The notes beneath the pieces were generated by a model, which had not been told where the DNA came from, did no database searches, and saw nothing but the letters and a program-made list of their open reading frames with translations. A DNA stretch of 64,000 nt, taken from contig CAXXJV010000001.1 in the NCBI GenBank assembly GCA_963663475.2, positions 672,001 through 736,000 on the forward strand, read 5' to 3'. This document shows, piece after piece, positions 20,462 through 29,012 of the stretch. The translations under genes and the position numbers were made by a program. The DNA is from Candidatus Cloacimonadales bacterium (GTDB lineage Bacteria; Cloacimonadota; Cloacimonadia; Cloacimonadales; JAFGVF01). Numbering within the stretch: position 1 is the stretch's first letter; every line of letters begins with the position of its first letter.

Positions 20462-21005
20462 AAATATCTATGAGCTTATAGCGACCTTTTTTATGGTAGG
20501 AAAGGCACCTAAAGGACCAGGCACCTTTGGAAGCTTGGCTGCTGCCCTTATCTACTACTATCTTCCTAGAATAGCTGCAATTGTGAATAGCTTCTTTAAT
20601 CCCCTTTCTTTGAGAGGGGTGGCATCGGAGATGACGGGGAGAGTCCTTCCACAAATCTACGATTCCCCCTTCTGGCTCCTCTTCCTCATAGCCTTCTTCT
20701 TCCTTGGAGTATATGTCTCCACTAAAGCAGAAGAGACTATGGGACACGACAATGGCCACATAGTTATTGATGAAGTGGTAGGTTATTGGTTTGCCCTTTA
20801 TCTCTTTCAACCTTCCCTCTATTATGTTGTTTTCGGCTTCTTATTATTCAGATTATTTGATATAGCAAAACCATATCCTATTAATAAATTACAGAATTTA
20901 CCTAAAGGTTGGGGAGTTATGGTGGATGATTTGATGGCTGGGGTTTATACTGCTCTGATTTTAGGACTTATAGATTTAATTTGGTTTATTGTTAAACCTG
21001 TGTAG
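20442..21005 (+). CDS. pgpA: Phosphatidylglycerophosphatase A, containing an in-frame repeat insertion
   Basis: PGTFGSL, IVIDEVVG, FRLFDIAKPYPI and GVMVDDLMAG motifs. Confidence 0.92.
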   Translation: MLKSPIKNIYELIATFFMVGKAPKGPGTFGSLAAALIYYYLPRIAAIVNSFFNPLSLRGVASEMTGRVLPQIYDSPFWLLFLIAFFFLGVYVSTKAEETMGHDNGHIVIDEVVGYWFALYLFQPSLYYVVFGFLLFRLFDIAKPYPINKLQNLPKGWGVMVDDLMAGVYTALILGLIDLIWFIVKPV

Positions 21006-21585
21006 GACTAACTGGGAAGAAGGGAATGCTTGTTTCGCAAGAATGAAGAATTAAAAATGAAAAGTGAAAAATAAAGAAGATTCTTTACACAAATTAACAC
21101 GAATTAAGACGAATTTCACGAATTTTTTAAGAACCTTAACACAGAGTTCACAGAGTTTTAAGAAACAAAATTCTTTACACAAATTAACACGAATTAAGAC
21201 GAATTTCACGAATAAGAAGAGCTCCTTAACACAGAGTTCATAGAGGTAAAGAGGAGTTTCACAGAGTTTAGGAAAAAATTAGCTTGCTAAAAGCCTGCCT
21301 GTCCTTGGGTCGCGGGATTCCAGCCCGCGGTTACGCAGATTACAGGTGGTTACGGGATTGGGTCGCGGGATACCAGCCCGCGGTTACGCAGATAATAAAG
21401 CGGTTACGGGAGTAACTGGGAAGGCGGGCATCCTTGCCCGCAGTAGGCAGTATTATACTGCCTACAAACGAAGTCTATCCACGGATTGACGAAAGAAAAT
21501 TATCCTTAACACAGAGTTACACAGAGTTAAAGAGGAGTTGCACAGAGTTTAGGAAAAAATTAGCTTGCTAAAAGCCTGCCTGTCC

Positions 21586-21853
21586 TTGGGTCGCGGGATT
21601 CCAGCCCGCGTTTACGCAGATTACAAGCGGTTACGGTATTGGGTCGCGGGATTCCAGCCCGCGTTTACGCAGATTACAAGTGGCTACGGGAATGGGTCGC
21701 GGGATTCCAGCCCGCGTTTACGTAGATAATAAAGCGGTTACGGGATTGGGTCGCGGGATTCCAGCCCGCGTTTACGCAGATAATAAAGTGGTTACGGGAT
21801 TGGGTCGCGGGATTCCAGCCCGCGTTTACGCAGATAATAAAGTGGTTACGGGA
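21586..21853 (+). repeat. Five tandem 53-54-bp units, each with a CGCGGG/CCCGCG hairpin
   Basis: Units start at 21586, 21639, 21692, 21746 and 21800. There are no unique spacers. Confidence 0.92.
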
Positions 21854-23395
21854 GTAACTGGGAAGGCGGGCATCCTTGCCCGCAGTAGGCAGTAAAGAAC
21901 TGCCTACAAAAGAAGTCTATCCACGGATTGACGAAAGAAAATTATCCTTAACACAGAGTTACACAGAGGTAAAGAGGAGTTGCACAGAGTTTAATTACAT
22001 AAATCTACCTAGCTAAAAGCCTGCCCGTATTTGGGTCGCGGGATTCCAGCCCGCGGTTACGCAGATAATAAAGCGGTTACGGTATTGGGTCGCGGGATTC
22101 CAGCCCGCGGTTACGCAGGTGTCATGTTGTTACCAGGCCTATGGAGTGGAAGCATCCTTGCTTGCACCCACATTATTCTGAAACCAGGGATAGTCTCAGA
22201 CCATAGTTTTTTTTAACCCGCGTTTACAAAGGTGGCATGCTGTTACCAGGCTTGGCATCTACTAGCAGATGGTGGACAGCTTTTCCGTCACATTATTTTT
22301 TGTTAGCTTTTTCCTATTATCCCATATTTGGGATTATCTTAACTTATCTTGCCACTAATTCTATAATTTATCTTAAATCAACAGAAAAATCACTTATTCA
22401 TCCATGTACCTTCCTTTACAGTCTTTCGATGAAACACGGACTTTCATCGAAAGACCGTAAAGGAAGGGGAAAGGATGACAAGAGAAAACAACCAGCCATC
22501 AAAGAAATGAAAATTTAGAAAAACTAAAAAAAAAATAAGTCTTCGCAAGAGCTAGAAGACCTTCAATAATAAAAAATCTGAAATATGAATAACATATAAA
22601 ACCAATACAGGGTAAGATCTATTAGATAATATTATAAGTGTGGTGGCAAGTATCTTACATAAGGAATATACATCCCTTGCTAACAGTTCTGATAGGCATT
22701 AAACCCAAATAATGCAATAGAGCTCTTCTCTAAAGCTCTATTGCACAATCTGTGTTAAAAAAAAACTGGCTGCAATGGGCAAGATGACCAACTTGTCTAA
22801 AAAGAAAGAAACTATCTGCTAGATTTTTCTATTTTTTATCTAGGAAAGTGTACCATTTTAAACTGCCATCTACATTATGGACTGAGACCATCCCTGGTCT
22901 CAGAATAGTGTGTGTGCAAGCAAAGATGCTTCCACTCAATAAGACCTGTAACAGCATGACACCTGTGTAACCGCGGGCTAGAATCCCGCGACCCAAGGAC
23001 AGACAGGCTTTTAGCAAGATAGATTTTTCCTAAATTCTGTGGTAACCTCTGTGAACTCTGTGTTTAGGATAATTTTGCTTTCGTCAATCCGTGGATAGAC
23101 TTCTTTTGTAGGCAGTATTATACTGCCTACTGCGGGGCAGGGATGCCCGCGTTCCCAGTTAGTCCCGCACCCCAGTTAGAATCTTCTTTCTCTCCATCTC
23201 TCTATCACTCCATCACCCCGTCTTTGAGCCGAAAGGCGAAAATCCTCTTATTCGTGAAATTCGTCTTAATTCGTATTAATTTGTGTAAAGCATCTTGTCC
23301 TATCACTTCTCCTTGTTGAATCTGCTATCGCCCTTCCAGGGCTTATATTTCTATTATTCAATATGGAGTGTCTTACGAACACTCCCTTTTAGCTG

Positions 23396-23420
23396 TTATC
23401 CCTTCGGGATAATTTTTTTT
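23396..23420 (+). terminator. Putative intrinsic terminator
   Basis: TTATCCC-TTC-GGGATAA followed by T8. Confidence 0.45.
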
Positions 23421-23877
23421 CTAACTAATGAATGATTATAAAACATATAAATATAATCACTCACTTTTCATTTTTAATTCTTCATTCTTCATTCTTCATT
23501 CTTGCGAAGCAAGCATCTTTGAGCCGAAAGGAGAAAAATCTTACGTCTTCATCTTCTCTGTGTTCTCTGTGGCTCTGTGGTTAGTAGGTATTTCTTCTTT
23601 TTATCGGTGTTTTCAGTGTTATCGGTGGCTAAATATTTCCTCTCTCTTCTTACTTATTCGTGTTTTATTTGTGTTCATTAGTGGCTAAACTCTTCTTCTT
23701 TCTTGTATTCTTTGTGCCTTAGTGGTGAAATAAAATTCGTGAAATTCCTTCTAATTCGCGTTAATTCGTGTAAAGAATTTCCAAAAATATCTTAAATTAA
23801 GAAAAAAACACTTGACGTCTCACTCAAGCCCCTTTTAATAGCCACTGTATTAAATAAGACATTTGAGGATTATTGAA

Positions 23878-24945
23878 ATGAATATAAATGGTAATATATT
23901 GGTAACAGGTGGTGCTGGTTTCATTGGTGCAAATTTCATTCACTATCTATTTGAACAAACAGATTTTACAGGCTTAGTAATCAACGTTGATAAATTAACT
24001 TATGCTGGAAATCTAGAAAATCTCTCTGAAATTTCTCATAAATACGATGATAGATATTGCTTTCATCAGATAGATATTTGCAACTATGCTGCAATGGATG
24101 TAATTTTTACCAAGTATAAGCCTCAAATAGTAGTCCATTTTGCTGCTGAATCCCATGTAGATAGGTCAATTCACGGACCAAAAGAATTCATTGAAACAAA
24201 TATTATCGGAACTTTTAACTTGCTTGAACTTGCAAAAAAACACTGGCAAGATAGACAAGATGTTCTCTTTCATCATATTTCAACTGATGAAGTTTATGGT
24301 TCTTTAGGAGAAACAGGTTATTTCTACGAAGATACACCTTATGATCCTCGTTCTCCTTACTCATCTTCCAAAGCATCTTCAGACCACCTTGTTTCAGCCT
24401 ATTTCCATACCTATAAATTACCAGTAACTATCTCCAACTGCTCTAATAACTACGGTCCATACCAATTCCCAGAAAAACTTATCCCTCTAATGATTTCTAA
24501 TATGTTAGAAGATAAGAATCTCCCTGTTTATGGTGATGGTAAAAATATCCGAGATTGGCTTTATGTAGAAGACCATTGCTCAGGTATCTGGAAAATAATC
24601 CAAAATGGTAGAAGAGGTCAAACCTACAATATCGGCGGAGAAAATGAATGGGAAAATATCAAACTTCTTCACGTACTTTGCGAAGTTGTCGCTAAAAAAT
24701 CAGGGAAAGATCTAAATAAAATATTAGATTTGATTACTTATGTTAAAGATAGAGCAGGACACGATAGACGCTATGCTATCAACTGCGATAAAATAAAGAA
24801 TGAACTCGGCTGGAAGCAATCTGTAGATTTCTCACAAGGCTTGGAAAAAACTGTTGAATGGTACTTAAATAATACAGAATGGATTGAGAATATTAAGACT
24901 GGGGAGTACCAGAAGTGGATTGATAAAAATTATTCGAATGAATAA
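23878..24945 (+). CDS. rfbB: dTDP-glucose 4,6-dehydratase
   Basis: GGAGFIG, DKLTYAGN, AAESHVDRSI, STDEVYG and YSSSK motifs. Confidence 0.96.
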   Translation: MNINGNILVTGGAGFIGANFIHYLFEQTDFTGLVINVDKLTYAGNLENLSEISHKYDDRYCFHQIDICNYAAMDVIFTKYKPQIVVHFAAESHVDRSIHGPKEFIETNIIGTFNLLELAKKHWQDRQDVLFHHISTDEVYGSLGETGYFYEDTPYDPRSPYSSSKASSDHLVSAYFHTYKLPVTISNCSNNYGPYQFPEKLIPLMISNMLEDKNLPVYGDGKNIRDWLYVEDHCSGIWKIIQNGRRGQTYNIGGENEWENIKLLHVLCEVVAKKSGKDLNKILDLITYVKDRAGHDRRYAINCDKIKNELGWKQSVDFSQGLEKTVEWYLNNTEWIENIKTGEYQKWIDKNYSNE

Positions 24946-24975
24946 TTTTTATCATTTAATAATTTAAGAGTTTTT

Positions 24976-25401
24976 ACCACAGAGCCACAGAGAACACAGA
25001 GAAGATAATTAAGAAAAAATATAATAACCACAGAGACACAGAGAACACAGAGAAGAAATTAAGAAAAAGAATAAACTCTATGCCCTCTGTGTCTCAGTGG
25101 TGAATAAAAGGTGCTTCAGATTATAGCAATCTGTAAGTCATAGGGCGAAGCTTGCTTTAAAATTGGATAACCATGGAATGCAAAAAAAAAATAGTTATAC
25201 CACAACCACAGAAAGTACTGAGAAGAAAATAAATAAGATTGACCTTTGTGCCCTCTGTGTCTCAGTGGTAAAAAAGAAATGTAATAACCACAGAGCCACT
25301 GAGAACACTGAGAAGAAAAATAATAAAGAATTACCTTTGTGTCTCAGTGGTGAAAAAAATTAGCTGTTAATTCTTCTCTGTGCTCTCTGTGTCTCTGTGG
25401 T
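24976..25401. repeat. 9-bp-periodic inverted arms ACCACAGAGnCACAGAGAACACnGAGAAG / CTCTGTGCCCTCTGTGTCTCAGTGGT
   Basis: Left arms at 24976, 25027, ~25198 and 25287. Right arms end at 25101, 25269, 25351 and 25401. Confidence 0.92.
25110..25155 (+). repeat. 46-bp conserved hairpin site, copy 1
   Basis: GGTGCTTCAGATT-atagc-AATCTGTAAGTCATAGGGCGAAGCTTGC. Confidence 0.9.
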
Positions 25402-25412
25402 GAAATAATAAA

Positions 25413-25808
25413 ATGGTAGGTTATATTATGGGTGATGGTTTGTACTCAGATATTACTAAGCAGATTATTGGTGCTGCAATCGAAGTTCATAGAAATTTAG
25501 GACCTGGATTGTTAGAATCAGTCTATGAGGTTTGTTTAATATCAGAATTAAAAAGTAGAAGTTTAGATGTGCAAAGCCAAGTCAATATTCCAATAATTTA
25601 TAAAAACATAAGACTTGATGACCACCTTCGGATAGATATTTTAGTAAATGATTGTGTCATAATAGAATTAAAATCTGTAAATAATTTGCTACCTATACAT
25701 GAAGCTCAAATGTTATCTTATATGAAATTAGCTAAAAAGAAAGTTGGTTTATTAATTAACTTTAATGCTAATATACTTGTTAATGGTGTAAAAAGGTTAA
25801 TACTATAA
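25413..25808 (+). CDS. GxxExxY protein (PD-(D/E)XK-like), copy 1; may start at 25428
   Basis: LGPGLLESVYE, RIDILV..IIELKSV, HEAQ..SY and GLLINF motifs. Confidence 0.92.
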   Translation: MVGYIMGDGLYSDITKQIIGAAIEVHRNLGPGLLESVYEVCLISELKSRSLDVQSQVNIPIIYKNIRLDDHLRIDILVNDCVIIELKSVNNLLPIHEAQMLSYMKLAKKKVGLLINFNANILVNGVKRLIL

Positions 25809-25823
25809 AACAAAAAAGCTATA

Positions 25824-26234
25824 ACCACAGAGTCGCAGAGAACACCGAGAAGATAAATAATAACAAGAACTAAAAACTCTGTGCCCTCTGTGTCTCAGTG
25901 GTGAGAATAAAGGTGCTTCAGATTATAACTATCTGTAAGTCATAGGGCGAAGCTTGCTAAAAATTTTATAACTATAGAATACTAAGAAAGAAATTTAACC
26001 ACAGAGCCACAGAGAACACTGAGAAGAAAGAATAAAAAAAATAAACTCTGTGCCCTCTGTGTCTCAGTGGTAAAAAAAAAGTATAGAAAGTAAAAGCTAT
26101 GTACCCACATGGGTGAGTATAAGAAGTGGATAGAAACTACTATAAATAAATGGTTTAACCACAGAGTCACAGAGAACACGGAGAAGAAAATAATAACAAA
26201 GAATACTTCTCTGTGTCCTCTGTGTCTCAGTGGT
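25824..26234. repeat. Three gene-less hairpins of the 9-mer inverted arms
   Basis: 25824-25902, 25998-26071 and 26158-26234. Confidence 0.92.
25912..25957 (+). repeat. 46-bp conserved hairpin site, copy 2
   Basis: Identical to copy 1 except in and next to the loop. Confidence 0.9.
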
Positions 26235-26260
26235 GAATAAAAATAATAAAAGGAGAAAGT

Positions 26261-27289
26261 ATGATTAATAAAGTTGAACTTAAAAACTTTGGTCCAATCA
26301 AACATTTGAATTGGCACAATATAAGCAATATAAACCTTATTATCGGAAAAAACTCTACCGGTAAAACCTTTCTTCTTAAATCTCTTTACACAGCTATGAA
26401 GACTATTGAAGAATATAAGCGTGGTGATAATCCAAAATCATTATCTGATATTCTTATAGATAAATTAATCTGGACTTTTCAAACAGATATTATAGGTGAT
26501 TTGGTAAATAAAGAGGAGAATTCTCTCAATTTTAGCATAGATTTTAATTATAAGCACTGGAACTATTCCTTTGGAAAAGAAACTTCTAAACAAATTAAAT
26601 CAATTGAATATCATATTGATAAAAGAGAAGATGATAATTCAATCTTTCTTCCTGCTAAAGAAATAACATCTATAGATAAAATCATTTTTGACAGTAGGGA
26701 TAATAAACAGCTTTTCGGCTTCGATAACACTTATTACGATCTAGCCAAAGCAATCAGACTAAATACACAAAAAGGTAGGAACTTCCCTGAATTTGCTAAT
26801 TGTAGAAAAAACCTAAAAGAAATTATTGATGGTAAAATTGAATTTGATACTACCACTGAAAAATGGTATTATAAAAAAGGAAAACAAAAATTTTCAATAG
26901 GTATGACTGCTGAAGGAATTAAAAAGATAGCAATTATTGATATTTTATTAGGAAATAGATATTTAACTAAAGATTCCATAATTTTTATTGATGAGCCAGA
27001 ATCTGCTCTTCACCCAAAAGCAATTTCTCAATTCCTAGAATTATTATCAGAACTAAGTGAATCAGGAATTCAGATTTTTATGGCTACCCATTCTTATTAT
27101 GTTATTAAAAGACTTTACTTAATTTCCCAGAAGAAAGAAAAATCAATTTCTGGGATTTCTTTTGATGATAGCCATGAAAACAATTTCATAGAGTTTGATT
27201 TAATAGATGGTATCCCTGAAAATTCAATCATCGAAGAATCTATAAACCTATACAAGGAAGAGGTTGATCTAGGCTGGGATAATGAATAA
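26261..27289 (+). CDS. ABC-type ATPase (AAA_21/AAA_15-like), no membrane partner
   Basis: Walker A GKNSTGKT, Walker B IFIDEPE, LHP and H-loop ATHS. Confidence 0.88.
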   Translation: MINKVELKNFGPIKHLNWHNISNINLIIGKNSTGKTFLLKSLYTAMKTIEEYKRGDNPKSLSDILIDKLIWTFQTDIIGDLVNKEENSLNFSIDFNYKHWNYSFGKETSKQIKSIEYHIDKREDDNSIFLPAKEITSIDKIIFDSRDNKQLFGFDNTYYDLAKAIRLNTQKGRNFPEFANCRKNLKEIIDGKIEFDTTTEKWYYKKGKQKFSIGMTAEGIKKIAIIDILLGNRYLTKDSIIFIDEPESALHPKAISQFLELLSELSESGIQIFMATHSYYVIKRLYLISQKKEKSISGISFDDSHENNFIEFDLIDGIPENSIIEESINLYKEEVDLGWDNE

Positions 27290-27791
27290 AATAATAACTG
27301 AATCAGGTATGAAATTCGGTCCTTTTGAAGATAAATATCTTTATCATATCGAACAAAGCGATATGGTAAAATCATTACAGATAAAAATAGTAGAGTTTTT
27401 AGTTTATCATAAAAAAACTTTGACATTTATTGAAGCAAAAAGCTCTTCACCAAATCCAGAGAATAAAAGATTAGATAATGATGAAAAATTTGATGTATAT
27501 ATTGATAATATTATCAGCAAATTTGTTAATTCTGTAAGTCTTTACATTTCAGTATATCTTAAAAGACTCACTGATATAATCGGGACGGAGTTAGAGAAAA
27601 TCAATCTTTCTAAAGCAAATATTCGTTTATTGTTAGTTATTAAAAATCACGAAACAAAATGGTTACCTCCAATTAGTGATGCAATAAAAGTCAAACTAAA
27701 TGCTGTATGTAAGATTTATAGTATTAATCCTAGTAATATAATAATTATGAATGAGCAAATGGCTATCAGTAAAGGATTGATAGCTGAATAA
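27282..27791 (+). CDS. Hypothetical protein, possible PD-(D/E)XK-type nuclease, overlapping the ATPase stop
   Basis: IVEFLV...LTFIEAKSS resembles (P)D...ExK; 8-bp overlap with the ATPase gene. Confidence 0.5.
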   Translation: MNKIITESGMKFGPFEDKYLYHIEQSDMVKSLQIKIVEFLVYHKKTLTFIEAKSSSPNPENKRLDNDEKFDVYIDNIISKFVNSVSLYISVYLKRLTDIIGTELEKINLSKANIRLLLVIKNHETKWLPPISDAIKVKLNAVCKIYSINPSNIIIMNEQMAISKGLIAE

Positions 27792-27978
27792 GAAAAATAA
27801 GTGAAAAATTGTGGTATTGCTTCGCAATGGAGTTTAAAGAATAGAACACAGATAACTCAGATTGAACAGATATTAACAGATAAGAGAGATTAGGTTTAAT
27901 AAAGAATATAGAATGCATAAATAAAAGTTTTTTAATAATTAATTTTGTGTTCTATGTACCTTTTTGTTGAATAGAAAC

Positions 27979-28024
27979 GGTGCTTCAGATTTCAGCAATC
28001 TGTAAGTCATAGGGCGAAGCTTGC
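27979..28024 (+). repeat. 46-bp conserved hairpin site, copy 3
   Basis: Loop tcagc; the rest is identical to copy 1. Confidence 0.9.
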
Positions 28025-28034
28025 AAAAAAAATA

Positions 28035-28108
28035 ACCACAGAGCCACAGAGAACACTGAGAAGAAAAGAATAAAGAATTTAACTCTGTGCTCTCTGTGTC
28101 TCAGTGGT
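28035..28108. repeat. 9-mer inverted-arm hairpin upstream of GxxExxY copy 2
   Basis: ACCACAGAGCCACAGAGAACACTGAG ... CTCTGTGCTCTCTGTGTCTCAGTGGT. Confidence 0.9.
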
Positions 28109-28119
28109 GAAATAATAAA

Positions 28120-28515
28120 ATGGTAGGTTATATAATGAGTGATGGTTTGTACTCAGATATTACTAAGCAGATTATTGGTGCTGCAATTGAAGTCCATAGA
28201 AATTTAGGACCCGGTTTATTAGAATCAGTCTATGAGGTTTGTTTAATATCAGAATTAAAAAGTAGAAGTTTAGATGTGCAAAGCCAAGTTAATATTCCAA
28301 TAATTTATAAAAACATAAGACTTGATGACCACCTTCGGATAGATATTTTAGTAAATGATTGTGTAATTATAGAATTAAAGTCGGTAAATAGTATATTACC
28401 TATCCATGAAGCCCAAGTATTATCTTATATGAAATTAGCTAAAAAGAAAGTTGGTTTATTAATTAATTTTAATGCTAATATACTAGTCAATGGTGTTAAA
28501 AGGTTGATACTATAA
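28120..28515 (+). CDS. GxxExxY protein, copy 2 (127/131 aa identical to copy 1)
   Basis: Direct comparison of the two translations. Confidence 0.92.
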   Translation: MVGYIMSDGLYSDITKQIIGAAIEVHRNLGPGLLESVYEVCLISELKSRSLDVQSQVNIPIIYKNIRLDDHLRIDILVNDCVIIELKSVNSILPIHEAQVLSYMKLAKKKVGLLINFNANILVNGVKRLIL

Positions 28516-28532
28516 AACAGAAATACTATAAA

Positions 28533-28604
28533 TACAGAGTCGCAGAGAACACTGAGAAGAAAAGAATAAAGAATTTAACTCTGTGCCCTCTGTATCTCTG
28601 TGGT
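28533..28604. repeat. 9-mer inverted-arm hairpin downstream of GxxExxY copy 2
   Basis: ACAGAGTCGCAGAGAACACTGAG ... CTCTGTGCCCTCTGTATCTCTGTGGT. Confidence 0.88.
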
Positions 28605-28870
28605 AAATAAATTAAAATAATTAAATATCTTATTTTTTTTGAAGTGAGTAAAGTACTTCTTACTAAAACTCTGTAGCAATTGAAATATTTGCTAAAAAAA
28701 AAGAAAAATAAACTTGACGAATCTAATAATAGCAAGATTTATAGAGACTTGAGAGAATTAGGAAGGTTGGATTTCGTCTAAGATATACTAAGCGAAATTG
28801 TAATTCTTTTAATTCCATACGATTGTGAGTTTCTGGGAAACTGGAAAAATTATATTTATAGTGTGGAAAT

Positions 28871-28917
28871 AGTGCTTCAGATTGCAGGGAATCTGTAAGT
28901 CATAGAGCGAAGCTTGC
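28871..28917 (+). repeat. Conserved hairpin site, copy 4 (47 bp)
   Basis: AGTGCTTCAGATT-gcaggg-AATCTGTAAGTCATAGAGCGAAGCTTGC. Confidence 0.88.
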
Positions 28918-29012
28918 AATAAAAATAATTAATATTAGTTCATTCTAACAAATCATGTATCGCTCAGTAAGAACTATAATATTATAAAATAGAGTTGCTA
29001 TTATAACTAAAG

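Larger units (their letters stand above)
21006..23790. repeat. 2.8-kb gene-free repeat mosaic: left part forward, right part inverted
   Basis: About 21853-22205 is the reverse complement of about 22876-23168. All module families are present. Confidence 0.9.

Noticed and set aside
21475-21484. DnaA-box-like CTATCCACG in the repeat modules
   Set aside because: It is part of the 9-mer repeat family, dispersed and mismatched, unlike the 15-kb cluster.
21586-21853. CRISPR array
   Set aside because: The sequence between the palindromes is itself repeated, so there are no unique spacers. No cas genes are present.
18913-23688. Short ORFs 18913, 21680, 22031, 22237, 22829 and 23428
   Set aside because: These are translations of non-coding repeats (GRGIPARGYAD, FSFFILHS) or have no protein-like features.
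24976-26234. CRISPR-like repeat/spacer pattern from the 9-mer arms
   Set aside because: The arms alternate in orientation, spacing is irregular, and the spacers are low-complexity A-rich tracts.
25163-28735. Short ORFs 25163, 25982(-) and 28526(-)
   Set aside because: These are translations of the 9-mer arms (HRATENTE, SVFSV).
25110-28917. Classical integron attC sites
   Set aside because: There are no RYYYAAC/GTTRRRY core boxes and no integrase in the window. Kept as an unclassified site.
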